Assembly: GCA_002269645.1 (NCBI GenBank)
Contig: NIVC01000175.1
Span: 372,001 to 436,000 of the forward strand
Length of the DNA: 64,000 bases
Reading direction: 5' to 3'
From: Macrostomum lignano
Taxonomy: Eukaryota
The translations under genes were made by a program, and so were the position numbers. The notes under the pieces were generated by a model that worked only from the letters and a program-made list of their open reading frames with translations, was not told the origin of the DNA and did not search any database. Within the stretch, counting starts at the first letter, position 1. The number at the start of each line of letters is the position of its first letter. This document shows, piece after piece, positions 13,905-25,275 of the stretch.

Positions 13905-14630
13905 GAAATTTCAACAGAAAATCTTTCTCTCAAATTACACCAAAAGAATTGAAACAAGAGACTCTCACCAAGAGAATCTCATCCTCAAATCTCACTAAAA
14001 GAATCTCATCCTCAAATCTCACCAAGAGAATCTTACCTTCAAATCTCACCAAGAAAATCTCACCCTCAAATCTCACTAAGAGAATCTCACCCTCAAATCT
14101 CACCAAGAGAATATTGACCTCAAATCTCACAAAGAGAATCTCACCCTCAAATCTCATCAAGAGAATCTCACCCTCAAATCTCACCAAGAGAATATTGACC
14201 TCAAATCTCACAAAGAGAATCTCATCCTCAAATCTCACCAAGAGAATCTTACCTTCAATTTTAACCAAGAGAATCTCACCCTCAAATCTCACCACGAGAA
14301 TCTCACCCTCAAATCTCACCCTCAAATCTCACCCTCAAATCTCACCACGAAAATCTCACCCTCAAATTTCACCAAGAGAATCTCACCCTCAAATCTCACC
14401 AGGAGAATATTGAACTCAAATCTCACCAAGAGAATCGCACCCTCAAATCTCACCAAGAGAATCTCACCCTCAAAGCTCACCAAGAGAATCTCATCCTTAA
14501 ATCTCACCAAGAGAATCTCACCCTCAAATCTCACCAAGAGAATCTCACCCTCAAATCTCACAAAGAAAATCTCACCCTCAAATCTCGCCCCTAAATCTCA
14601 CCGAATCGTACCAAGAGAATATTGCCTTAA
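13905..14630. repeat. Minisatellite, 27-bp unit CAAATCTCACCAAGAGAATCTCACCCT
   Basis: Tandem repetition; 9-residue periodic ORFs (SNLTKRISP). Confidence 0.95.
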
Positions 14631-15123
14631 AATGTCACTTTAAAGCAGTGCCACTAGAGAATCTAATCAAATCTCAGCAGGCATATCTCCGTCATGAGAG
14701 AATCAGAGCGGAATCCCCTACCCTAAGCGCATACCAGCCGCAAGCAGGAGAGAGATTATTCGGGAAGGCAGATTTTTTGAGCCCATCTAATTTATCACGT
14801 TCATTTTCTTCTAGCAGCAGCAGCATCAGCAACAGCAGCACACCCCCCGGGCAACACAAACGACGTCCTTGACTTAATATTACTCGACGTTATGGATAAA
14901 TTTACCAACCCCGGAGGCAAGATTGATCGCTAATGCTAAGAAACACTCATGCAGCAAAGTAAACACGACTCAAAAGTGTCACGTGACACGTGCAAATTTT
15001 ATATACTATAAGTATAGTACATACTTTTATTAAATAAGTCAATCAATTTTAAAGTTCAAGAAGAAAAAATGGAACAATGGAAAAAAGACGTTTTTTTAAA
15101 GACCTAACCATAGAAAATCAATG

Positions 15124-15318
15124 GTTAGCGAAATGCAAGACGCTTGAAAAAGGTTTGTGTGGCAAGTCGATAATTTTGAGCTCAGGTGCTTCTTTGCATG
15201 GTCACATCAGTAAAAATAGACGCTACATGTATTAGTTAGTTAGTCAGTTAGTTAGTTAGCTAGCTAGTTAGCTAGTTAGTTAGTTAGTTAGTTAGTTACT
15301 TATTCAGTTAGTTAGTTA
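15124..15318 (+). repeat. Dispersed ~75-bp repeat, copy 1, followed by a (TAGT)n tail
   Basis: GTTAGCGAAATGCAAGAC...ATAATTTTGA.CTCAGGT.CTTCTTTGCATG recurs at 16357-16431, also followed by (TAGT)n. Confidence 0.8.
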
Positions 15319-16356
15319 CTTATAGAAAGATGATAGATAGAAAGATAGACAGCTACAAAAAGTGAAAGGGCAGTTAGCAGCATGCGCGTGACCAAGAGCA
15401 CACAGCTTACCGGGGTGAAAAGGGGGCAGCAAAGGCAAGTGACTGCCCCCAAACAGCTCCAGTAACTGCAAAGTCCCGAGCCCTTGACTTTAAGCTCCGA
15501 AACTCCCCCCCTCCTCTCATCTGGTAAGCGCGCGAACTGTTCAAGGCGGGCAGTAGTTAAGTGGAGCTTCGATTTCAAACTCCTAATTATGCCGGTATCT
15601 TGGGACAAGGCGGACAGACAGACAGGCGGACAGTCTGTGAGAGGCAGGACAAGAGTGAGAGATCCTCAGAGGGCACGGAGGGACGCTGTAGGCAATTTGC
15701 ATGAGAATGAGAAATGTGGAGAGAGACCATTGGCATCTCCCTTCAACTGATTCCCTCTGACTCTCAGAAATCCCCAGGGAGACACTAGACTTAACTATAA
15801 GCGGGGTTTAGAAGATTCAGGCGTAATCGTAACGTACAGTAGTAGCACACATCTGTATATACATACACACAGATCTTGACAGACGAAAACGAAAAGTAGC
15901 CAATTGACGAACTGTGGAGTGCATGGCAAGGCACTTACGTGTAGTAACTAACTGGTAGATTGTAGATAACATGTGGACTGATTGCAAACAAACCATGGAC
16001 TACTAGAAAACTATTAATATAGATTGGCGACTTTCTACAACTGAGGATTTACCATAGACAGTCTTAGCAAGCGTGAAGCGCGTCTTGTGCCTGCCAGCTA
16101 AGAATGTCTATGGCCAAAAGACCAACAACTCAGTGCAATGTCAGCGGGTGGGCACGAGACGCCTTACTATAATTTGCCAATAATAACCATGCGAAATTGA
16201 GTATAGTTTAAAACTGTAGTAGGTATGACTGAGTGCTTGAGTTCCAAAGAAAAAAACAATTATGTACATGTACTTTTTTATTAAAACGGTCTATCAATTG
16301 TAGAGTATAAACAGAATAACCATAATACTAAGAAGTTATTAAAAAGAAACTTGACA

Positions 16357-16528
16357 GTTAGCGAAATGCAAGACACTTGCAAAAAGTTTGTAGCAAGTTG
16401 ATAATTTTGATCTCAGGTACTTCTTTGCATGTGTTAGTTAGTTAGTTAGTTAGTTGGTTAGTTTGTTAATTTGTTAGTTAGGTGGTTAGTTGGTTAGTTA
16501 GTTGGTTAGTTGGTTGGTTAGTTGGTTG

Positions 16529-16626
<98 letters not shown>

Positions 16627-16631
16627 AAGTA

Positions 16632-16672
<41 letters not shown>
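16357..16672 (+). repeat. Dispersed ~75-bp repeat, copy 2, followed by ~240 bp of (TAGT)n
   Basis: Similar to 15124-15200 with a few substitutions and small indels. Confidence 0.8.
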
Positions 16673-17364
16673 TATAGATAGATAGTTAGATTATATTCAA
16701 TTTTCTCTAATTGTCTATGGTAATTGACTGAGCTTTTAATACATAGAAAGAACCTCGTAGCCAACTCGGACCAGACGACATACCTCATGTTCATCCCCTT
16801 GCCCTATGCCCTGTTTATTATCCTAACAAAAAACGATTCTCAAGGGGCAAGTGTATTCAAAGAGCATTCAGAGAACTAGCAAATTGATTAACTAACATAA
16901 ATTTCGGCGACGAAATTTGCACACATCGCTAAACTAATAACTATAGCAGATAGATTGAATAGGGAAGAGATGCAGAAGATCTGCGATTGCAATCGTAGTA
17001 CTCCATAGATCATAGTGCATCACTAGAATTGTCCCCTTAGGCAAAAAAGCAAGTAGGCCATAATACTGTATGCTGTATGCTGCAGTAGTGCTAGCACCCC
17101 AATAGGAATAAATAAGTTTATTAACTCCCCAGTGCAGTCACTACGACCCTAATGAGATAAAAAACATGCAGAATTTAAATGCGCAAATTTGCTGTACAAA
17201 CAAACTTCGTAAATTCGTACAGTCATAGAAATCAAATTGACTAGCAATCATACCTTATTTAAATTTTCTTAATACTGACCCGAATCACTTCTCATCTGAA
17301 GAGACATTTGTCTAAATAAGTTTACATTTCTTGTAGTATCAAGAACATTGACAAAGAGCCAGAC

Positions 17365-17700
17365 AGAAAGACAAGACACTAAGACAGTTACTATGGCAGA
17401 CAGACACTAAGACAGACACTAAGACAGACACTAAGACAAACAATAAGACAGACAATAAGACAGACACTAAAACAGACACTAAGACAGTTACTAAGACAGA
17501 CAATAAAACAGTTACTAAGACGGACACTAAGACAGACACTAAGACAGTTACTAAGACAGACAATAAGACAGTTACCAAGACAGACACTAAGACAGTTACT
17601 AAGATGGACACTAAGACAGTTACTATGGCAGCCAGACACTAAGACAGACCCAAAGACGGACACTAAGACAGTTACTAAGGCAGTAACTAAAATAGATACT
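17365..17700. repeat. Minisatellite, 12-bp unit (AGACAGACACTA / AGACAGTTACTA)
   Basis: Tandem repetition; resumes briefly after 17821. Confidence 0.9.
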
Positions 17701-17702
17701 AA

Positions 17703-17818
17703 GGGGCCGTACTATAAAGCTGTCGTAGCGTAAGTTCGATTGTACGTTGGAACTTTCACACTGCGGATATAGGAGCTAAGAACGATCTTATCTTACGATG
17801 GCTTTATAAAACGGGTTT
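17703..17818. mobile_element. Candidate 116-bp PIF/Harbinger-type MITE inserted in the 12-bp minisatellite
   Basis: TAA on both sides (17700-17702 and 17819-17821). Subterminal inverted repeat CCGTACTATAAAGCTGTCGTA versus reverse complement CCGTTTTATAAAGCCATCGTA (17/21). The outermost 4 bp do not match. Confidence 0.45.
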
Positions 17819-18849
17819 TAAGACAGTTACTAAAGGCAGACTCTAATGCAGACATTAAAATAAAACACGAAGCCACTAAAAAGATACAGAAAGTACTTGA
17901 AATCGTAGTTGACCCTCACAGAAGACAAATGAATTGCACAAACAAACCAACTAGCATTTTTCTGCGGTGGACTATTTTGCAGACACTTCGAATCCAATAC
18001 ATCCCTATGCACTGTAGCCAAGTATTAATAAAAAGTGCACGGTTGGAATCGCCATAATCTAATATCTCTCTCTCTCCATCGGTATTGAAAGACCAGACCA
18101 CTTTGCGACTATACTAGGCTGCTTGACGACAAAAAAGTCAAAGCTGATGTACACCCTTGTGTGAGCGTGTCGCATTGGATTTGCTCCCGCCACAGCGGAC
18201 TAACAAGTAACTAACCAACAAATCTACGTGTCAAACATTGCGATGCAACGTTTAAATATGTCATGCCGGTACGTCCCAATTATGGAAAGATTTTTATAGC
18301 CAGCCAAGTTAACAACGGTCGGTCCGACTTCATTTTAGGCTTGGTTTTCTCAGGCGTTCGGTTAACCAGCAAAACTGGATTCATTGCACTCTGCGCCATG
18401 TGTGTCTCTCTCCAATCTCTTCTCCCATTTTTCCTTCAGTCTCTCTCTCTCTTTCTCTTCCCTCCCCAAACCATCGCTTGAGTGAAAAGCCAGATCGATT
18501 TTGGTGCCATCAAAGCTCTCTCTCTCTCTGTCCTTCTCTCCCTCTTATTTTACTTTCGTTCTACTTCAAGGACTATGCAGTGAGGGGAGACATCCAAAGG
18601 TTCGGAGAGACACTTCTCATTCGCCATTTGCATTCACACACTGAGGCGCTGTCTCTCTCCCTCTGCCTAATGATTACTGCTCAGAAAGAGCCAAAAAGGT
18701 AGACTAAATATATAGAGACTAGAGATGGTGTTCTAAGGATCGATTGATTAGATAATATAGCTCAATGTACAAGAATATATATGAGATCTAATCTACTGTC
18801 GAAACTATAGGCTTAAAAAAGATCAGCAGTGATCTCTAATAGTCGAAAT

Positions 18850-19240
18850 TTAGTCACGCTTCCACATCCTCATAGTGGGGCTTCAGTCTCACTTCCACAT
18901 CCTCGTATTCGAGCTTCAGTCTCACTTTCACATCCTCGTAGTGGACCTTCAGTCACACTTCCACATCCACATCCTCAAAGTTGGGCTTCAGTCCCACTTC
19001 CACATCTTCATAGTGGGGCTTCAGTCTCACTTTCACATCCTCATAGTGGAGCTTCAGTCCCACTTCCACATCCTTGTAGTGAAGCTTCAGTCTCACTTCC
19101 ACATCCTCATAGTGGGGCTTCAGTCTCACTTCCACATCCTCATAGTGGGGCTTCAGTCACACTTCCACATCCTCATAGTGGGGCTTCAGTCTCACTTCCA
19201 CATCCTCATAGTGGGGCTTCAGCCACTCTTCAAGATCCTC
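18850..19240. repeat. Minisatellite, 33-bp unit CTTCAGTCTCACTTCCACATCCTCATAGTGGGG
   Basis: About 11 copies; the last unit grades into the family at 19869. Confidence 0.95.
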
Positions 19241-19868
19241 GGATTAAACAGTAGTCACCCCCACCAGATCGTCAGGCTGAGCTAACCACTCCCAAGCTGA
19301 TTAGTAATAATTTGTTTGCATGTTACAGCTTGCTGTCCGGCCCAGTGTTTTGCTTACTAATGACAGGCCAATCTGTATAAGCGTGTTGACATGGCATGAG
19401 TCATCGAGCATGGCATAAAATATTTCAGTGTGTCACTCTAGCCGAGAAAATGAGGAATATAATCTTGTCAAAGGAAGAGAAGTGCCACTGACCCAAATAA
19501 AGGATTACCAGATTCGTGCGTTATAAAGAGGCCTCACTGCTAGATACATATCTGTCTTATCTATCTGTCTAAACATAATCCTTCATCACAGCTAGGGGTA
19601 TTAGAAACACTGACAGGCTATGCTTAGAGCCAATCCATGGTTATTGGTACTGACTGGAAACATATGGTGAATGTTATGCCAGCTAAAACGAATCTAATGC
19701 AGTACTAAAACAAAACGAGTTATCTTTCTCAACACAGAATTCTGCATTTTTGGCAGGACAGTTCTTACTGCGAGTACTTAAAATTTATAGGAATTTTCAA
19801 TACAATTTATCTATCAGATTCAAATGCCTTATGAGAATTGAATCAATCGCTACGCTCCGAAATATTCA

Positions 19869-20527
19869 GTCTGGGTCTTCAGCCACTCTCCTAGATCCTC
19901 CTCAGTTGCTGGGTCTTCAGTCACCCTCCCAGATCCTCAGTTGCTGGGTCTTCAGCCACCCTCCCACATCATCAGTTGCTGGGTCTTCAGCCACCCTCCC
20001 ACATCATCAGTTGCTGGGTCTTCAGCCACCCTCCCAGATCCTCAGTTGCTGGGTCTTCAGCCACCCTCCCACATCATCAGTTGTTGGGTCTTCAGCCACC
20101 CTCCAAGTTCTTCAGTTGCTGGGTCTTCAGCCACCCTCCCAGATCCTCAGTTGCTGGGTCTTCAGCCACCCTCCGAGATCCTCAGTTGCTGGGTCTTCAG
20201 CCACCCTCCCACATCATCAGTTGTTGGGTCTTCAGCCACCCTCCAAGTTCTTCAGTTGCTGGGTCTTCAGCCACCCTCCGAGATCCTCAGTTGCTGGGTC
20301 TTCAGCCACCCTCCGAGATCCTCAGTTGCTGGGTCTTCAGTCACCCTCCCAGATACTCAGTTTGCTGTGCCAGCCTCCCAGATCCTCAATTGCTTGGCTT
20401 CCCAGATTCTCAGTTGCTGTGCCAGCCTCCCAGATCCTCAGTTGCTGTGCCAGCCTCCCAGATCCTCAGTTGCTGTGCCAGCCTCCCAGATCCTCAGTTG
20501 CTGTGCCAGCCTCCCAGATCTGCAGTT
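19869..20527. repeat. Minisatellite, 35-bp unit CTCAGTTGCTGGGTCTTCAGCCACCCTCCCAGATC switching to a 28-bp variant
   Basis: Tandem repetition; reverse-complement relative at 27883-28690. Confidence 0.95.
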
Positions 20528-21274
20528 GATAGGCAAGCAGACTCCATTCCAGATCCATAGGTTATTTCACTTTCCACCGAAGTCTAGCTTGCTTAGCTAT
20601 ATAGCAACAGAAAAGTTTCTTCAAAGTTCACGCAAGTTTTCATAAGACTCAGTATAGATATGGTGCAGTTTGTATTCTTACACTAATATACATACTACTC
20701 AATCAACTCTCTCTCCCCTAAGGTATCAAATTCTCAATCGAGATTTTCTATACTAAAATCAACTTGTCTACTTTAGCTGAGCCGGGGGGGGTGAGGAAGG
20801 CGGGTTAGAGAGAGGAGAGAGGAAAGGCAGAAGGGGGGGGGGACCATCTGACTTGACTAGCCAAACTGAGAAGCCAGCAGCAGTAGGAAGGAAAAACCAA
20901 TTTTTGCTTCAAATTGAAGAGATCGGGCCTGCGGGATGGCCCCAGCAGTCTGGCTCTCCCTCTCTGCCCTTCTCTTCTTCGACTCGATTTGACTCAATCA
21001 GTTTAGCTGGCCTGAGTTCAGCAACGGACATGGCAACTGCCTCTGGCTAGTATATTTGCCAGTCTAAAAGCCTATGCCAATTAATGAAATTAGGCTTAAT
21101 ACATTGCTGCTTGTTTAGTTAAGTGCATTCGCTGCGTGAAATGCGCAGTGTGCGCAATTTGTTTGAGTCTGCTTAGGCATAGGCTGAATTTTTAATCCAA
21201 TTCACACTTCTGAAGAAAATTGACTGATAAAAATATTCTGTAAGAAAAAGTACTATCTTAGATAGAAATAGGAC

Positions 21275-21930
21275 ACAGAAGGGCGCCAAAATAGGAGACC
21301 GAAATGCGCCAAAATAGGAGACAGAGAGGCGCTAAAATAGGAGACCGAAATGCGCCAAAATAGGAGACAGAGAGGCGCTAAAATAGGAGACAGAGAGGCG
21401 CTAAAATAGGAGACAGAAAGGCGCTAAAATATTAGACAGAAAGGCGCCAAAACAGGAGACAGAGAGGCGCTAAAATAGGAGACAGAGAGGCGCTAAAATA
21501 GGAGACAGAGAGGCGCTAAAAAGGAGACAGAGAGGCGCTAAAATATTAGACAGAAAGGCGCCAAAACAGGAGACAGAAGCGCTAAAATATTAGACAGAAA
21601 GGCGACAAAACAGGAGACAGAAGCGCTAAAATATTAGACAGAAAGGCGACAAAATAGGAGACAGAAAACCGCCAAAATAGGACACAGAGAGGCGCCAAAA
21701 TAGGAGACAGAGAGGCGCCAAAATAGGAGACAGAAGGGCGCCAAAATAGGAGACAGGGGGCCAAAATAGGAGACAGAGAAGCGTCAAAAAAGACAGAAGA
21801 AAGGCAGCCAAAAAAGGAGACAGAAAGCGCAAAATAGGACACAGAAAGGCGCCAAAAAAGGACACAGAAAGGCGCCAAAACAGGAGACAGAAGGGCGCCG
21901 AAATAGGCGACAGAGGGGCGCCAAAATAGG
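21275..21930. repeat. Minisatellite, ~23-bp unit GCGCCAAAATAGGAGACAGAGAG
   Basis: About 28 degenerate copies. Confidence 0.93.
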
Positions 21931-22554
21931 AAAAATGGATTCATTATTTTCAAACCCTAGTAACTGCGAACCCGCGTGTGGCGAACCAACCCAAACCCTC
22001 TCTTTTATCCTTAATCCTTTAAGACATCGAACCGCATCAATCAACTGTGTGCCCCCTGCCCCAGAGGGAACGGGTGAGAAGCTGGCAGGATGGTGCGAAA
22101 GGAAAAAAACAGCTAGCTTCAAGGGAATCGAAAATCTCAACTCGATCCTCTACTCAGGGATTTTCTCTCCGACCCTCCCCCCCCTCGCGACTCTTAAGGG
22201 GACAATTCTGCATCAATTTTCTTAACTAATTCTCAGCCTCTGACGGGGATTTAACACATCGCACACCTTTTAGCTAAAACGGTTGAAGCCATTAAAATAT
22301 TATCGCTATATTACTAATGTTAATACCGACTTAGATTAAGTCCCAAATATCTAGAATATAAACCCTACATATGCTTAACGCTTTAGCCTTTACATTACTA
22401 CATTTCCTTGTACTACCTTCCTAGGCTGAATAGCTATACTTGCGGGTAGGAATCAGTGAACTAACGATATGTAGAGAGTGCAGCGCAAAGCAAGTCTTAT
22501 TAAGGCGAAATTCTTTGTTTAAATCATGTAAATTTTATATGATTTTTTCTGCTA

Positions 22555-22865
22555 TCGGGAGTTTCCGGTTTCGGGAAGTTTCCGGGTTTGGGGAAGTTTC
22601 CGGGTCTGGGGAAGTTTTCGGATTTGCGGAAGTTTCCGGGCTTGGGGAAGTTTCCGGGTCTGGGGAAGTTTCCGGGTTTTGGGAAGTTTCCGGGTTTGGG
22701 AAGTTTCCGGGTCTGGGGAAGTTTCCGGGTTTGGGGAAGTTTCCGAGCTTGGGGAAGTTTTCGGATTTGCGGAAGTTTCCGGGTTTTGGGAAGTTTCCGG
22801 GTTTGGGGAAGTTTCCGGGTCTGGGGAAGTTTCCGGGTTTGGAGAAGTTTCCGAGCTTGTGGAAA
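22555..22865. repeat. Minisatellite, 17-18-bp unit GGGAAGTTTCCGGGT(T/C)TG
   Basis: About 17 copies. Confidence 0.93.
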
Positions 22866-24471
22866 CATTTCGAGTTTAGGGAGGCTTCCTGCTTCCATAG
22901 CTTCAGCTTCTTCAGCAAGAAAGATGAACTAACTAGTTACGAGTAAACTTGTAGCTAAAATTCCAATCCACATATTGAAGAGAAAAAAACTCAGCCGACC
23001 GTTGAAATCCCAAAGAATCCGAGAGATAATTCCCAGAGAAAAAAAACACAACACAAAAATACTAAGTTAGAAACAAGAAAATGGAGTGTACAAGAAGGAC
23101 ACTAGGAGCGTTGCCAAAAAAGATTCTTTGCATTCCTGGAATCATTTTACATGCACACGCATACATAGTCGAAGTTTTCAGATTTTTAAGAAACGCGCTC
23201 TGTGTTAGTGTCCCTCTTGACTGATTCGTCTACCTTATTCTTACTTTTTTGCTGCGCTAGTCTTTCAAGCATTGCATCATCACCCCGACGCCGTCGGGAC
23301 CTTCAACAGATGGCAACAGGCGATTATTAACACCATGTCGCGAATTTCTCTGATGTCGCTGACCAAGCTTCAATTCCGGGAAATGGCTTGGCATTTCTAC
23401 CGGTAAACAGATACTGTTTTCCCCCGAATCCAAAACGGAAAACTCTCTCTTTCTATATAAAAGGACACTGAGAAAAAAATTAATCTACCTGGTAAAAATA
23501 TGACATATCATTTTTGAAGCAGAAATTCATTTCTCCTCCTTTACTGGCTGAAATAATTGATCCCTCCGTATTTCCCCTTCGCAATCCAGATTGTCAAACT
23601 AATCTCAATACAGGCTGAGGCCTTTGGCCAAGCCAGCAGCAGGCCTTACCCCGATTTCATTGGATTTTTGACTCGCTTCTTTCATTCTTCCCTCCTTCCT
23701 TCCTTCCCTTCTGGCCGGAGTCGCTGATGAAGCCTAAGAAAGATATCTCCTCGCTATCAAAGCAGAATCCCTACAATGCATTTCCCCGTATCAGATATCC
23801 CATCCTATTCACAGTCAGCATTATCCCGTGTACCTGCTTCCTGCCATTAAAAAATTCTACATCATAGCTATCTAGAATTTTCATTTAGTATTTTAATACA
23901 ATTTTTAGTATTAGTGGATACAACATATTACACAACTATAAGGTAAATTGACTCACCAATTACTCGATAGGTAACTTCGAGATTTTCTGTGAAAATATTA
24001 TCTGATACAAATGCCTAAAATTTAAGGAATGAAAAAGTGACTATTAATATACACGATATATATACATTACTATAAGTAGCTACGTAACGAAAATCTAATC
24101 CGAAAAAAAAGTCGTGAATCATTCGAGATAACGGCAAATAAAGAAAGTTGAGACGAGATTAAACACCCATGCACAGCGAAGAGTACAAATGAAATGGTAT
24201 GAATCAAACGAAAAAACAGATAAAAACTGTTTCGAACTTCGAATTGACTTTACTTTCTCCTTTTAATTTTAGCCTAGCTAAAATTACTTTTTACTGACGT
24301 AATTAACGCTTGAATTCAAGCATTGAACATTAAAATACGCTACGAAAACTGACGAAAAAGCAGCTGTAAAATTTTATTTCGTAAATGATTCTCGATACGA
24401 GTCGAATCGGATGTAATTATGTTAGTCTTGGCTTGAGCTAGTAGCCCAAATTAGTTTTCTCTCCCTGGCCA

Positions 24472-24540
24472 TGACGTCAGGTCCCAATCTGGGCTGCTCG
24501 GGCTATAAGCCCTGGTAGATGTGCCCTCTATATTCAGCGG
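24472..24540 (+). promoter_or_regulatory. Candidate Pol II core promoter (CRE, CCAAT, TATA-like, initiator) upstream of the UPF0658-like gene
   Basis: TGACGTCA 24472-24479, CCAAT 24484-24488, TATAAG 24504-24509, and TTCAG about 30 nt further; order and spacing fit a core promoter. Confidence 0.45.
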
Positions 24541-25275
24541 CAGTTTAACAACAGCAATTACGTTAGTCGATGTATTGCAGTTAAAGGAAACTAATCTTAT
24601 ATTTGGATTTTTTCAGATAAGTTATAGCTTTATCACTATATGAGTGTACGTACATAAGAAATGTTATCTGTGAGATAATCCATCTTTGATTATTTATTCT
24701 ACAATATTTTTAATTGTACAACCTCCTAACCTTTTAATTTATTAATTGCTGTTATTCGTTACTGCTATGCTAGTACTAGCTTTCGATTTGCAAAGATAAC
24801 ATTGACGAATTTTATCGGTTACACCATAAAAGTCGTAAACTTTGAACCTAAATATAGGCTTAGTTTAGTTTTATTGAGATAAATAAACGTTTAGCTTTGG
24901 CTCAGCCACAAGAATCTAATAATAACAGACTGAACTTGCGTGGCGGTGCTTAGTGTTTGGACTTGGCAAAAAGGGGGGTGGCCGGGTGGGTCACGTGCGT
25001 GGCGAGCGCGTATGGAGAGAAAATTTTGGCGACCCACTATATGGACGATGGGGTGGTGGGTGGCAGGGGGGGAGGCATGTACACTCCACAAGAGTGTACA
25101 CTGGCCAGAGTGAGGAGGGGTTGGACAAAACTGTACACTTGCGAGTTTATATTTGCCACTGGCCTGTCCTTTTTATTTATTGTGTGGCTAAAACGCGAGA
25201 AAGCGAAGCTAGGCTAGTTAATAGGGAGAAGGCAAGAAGGCAGAAACTGGCGCAGACGATTCTAAGAATCGAAGA

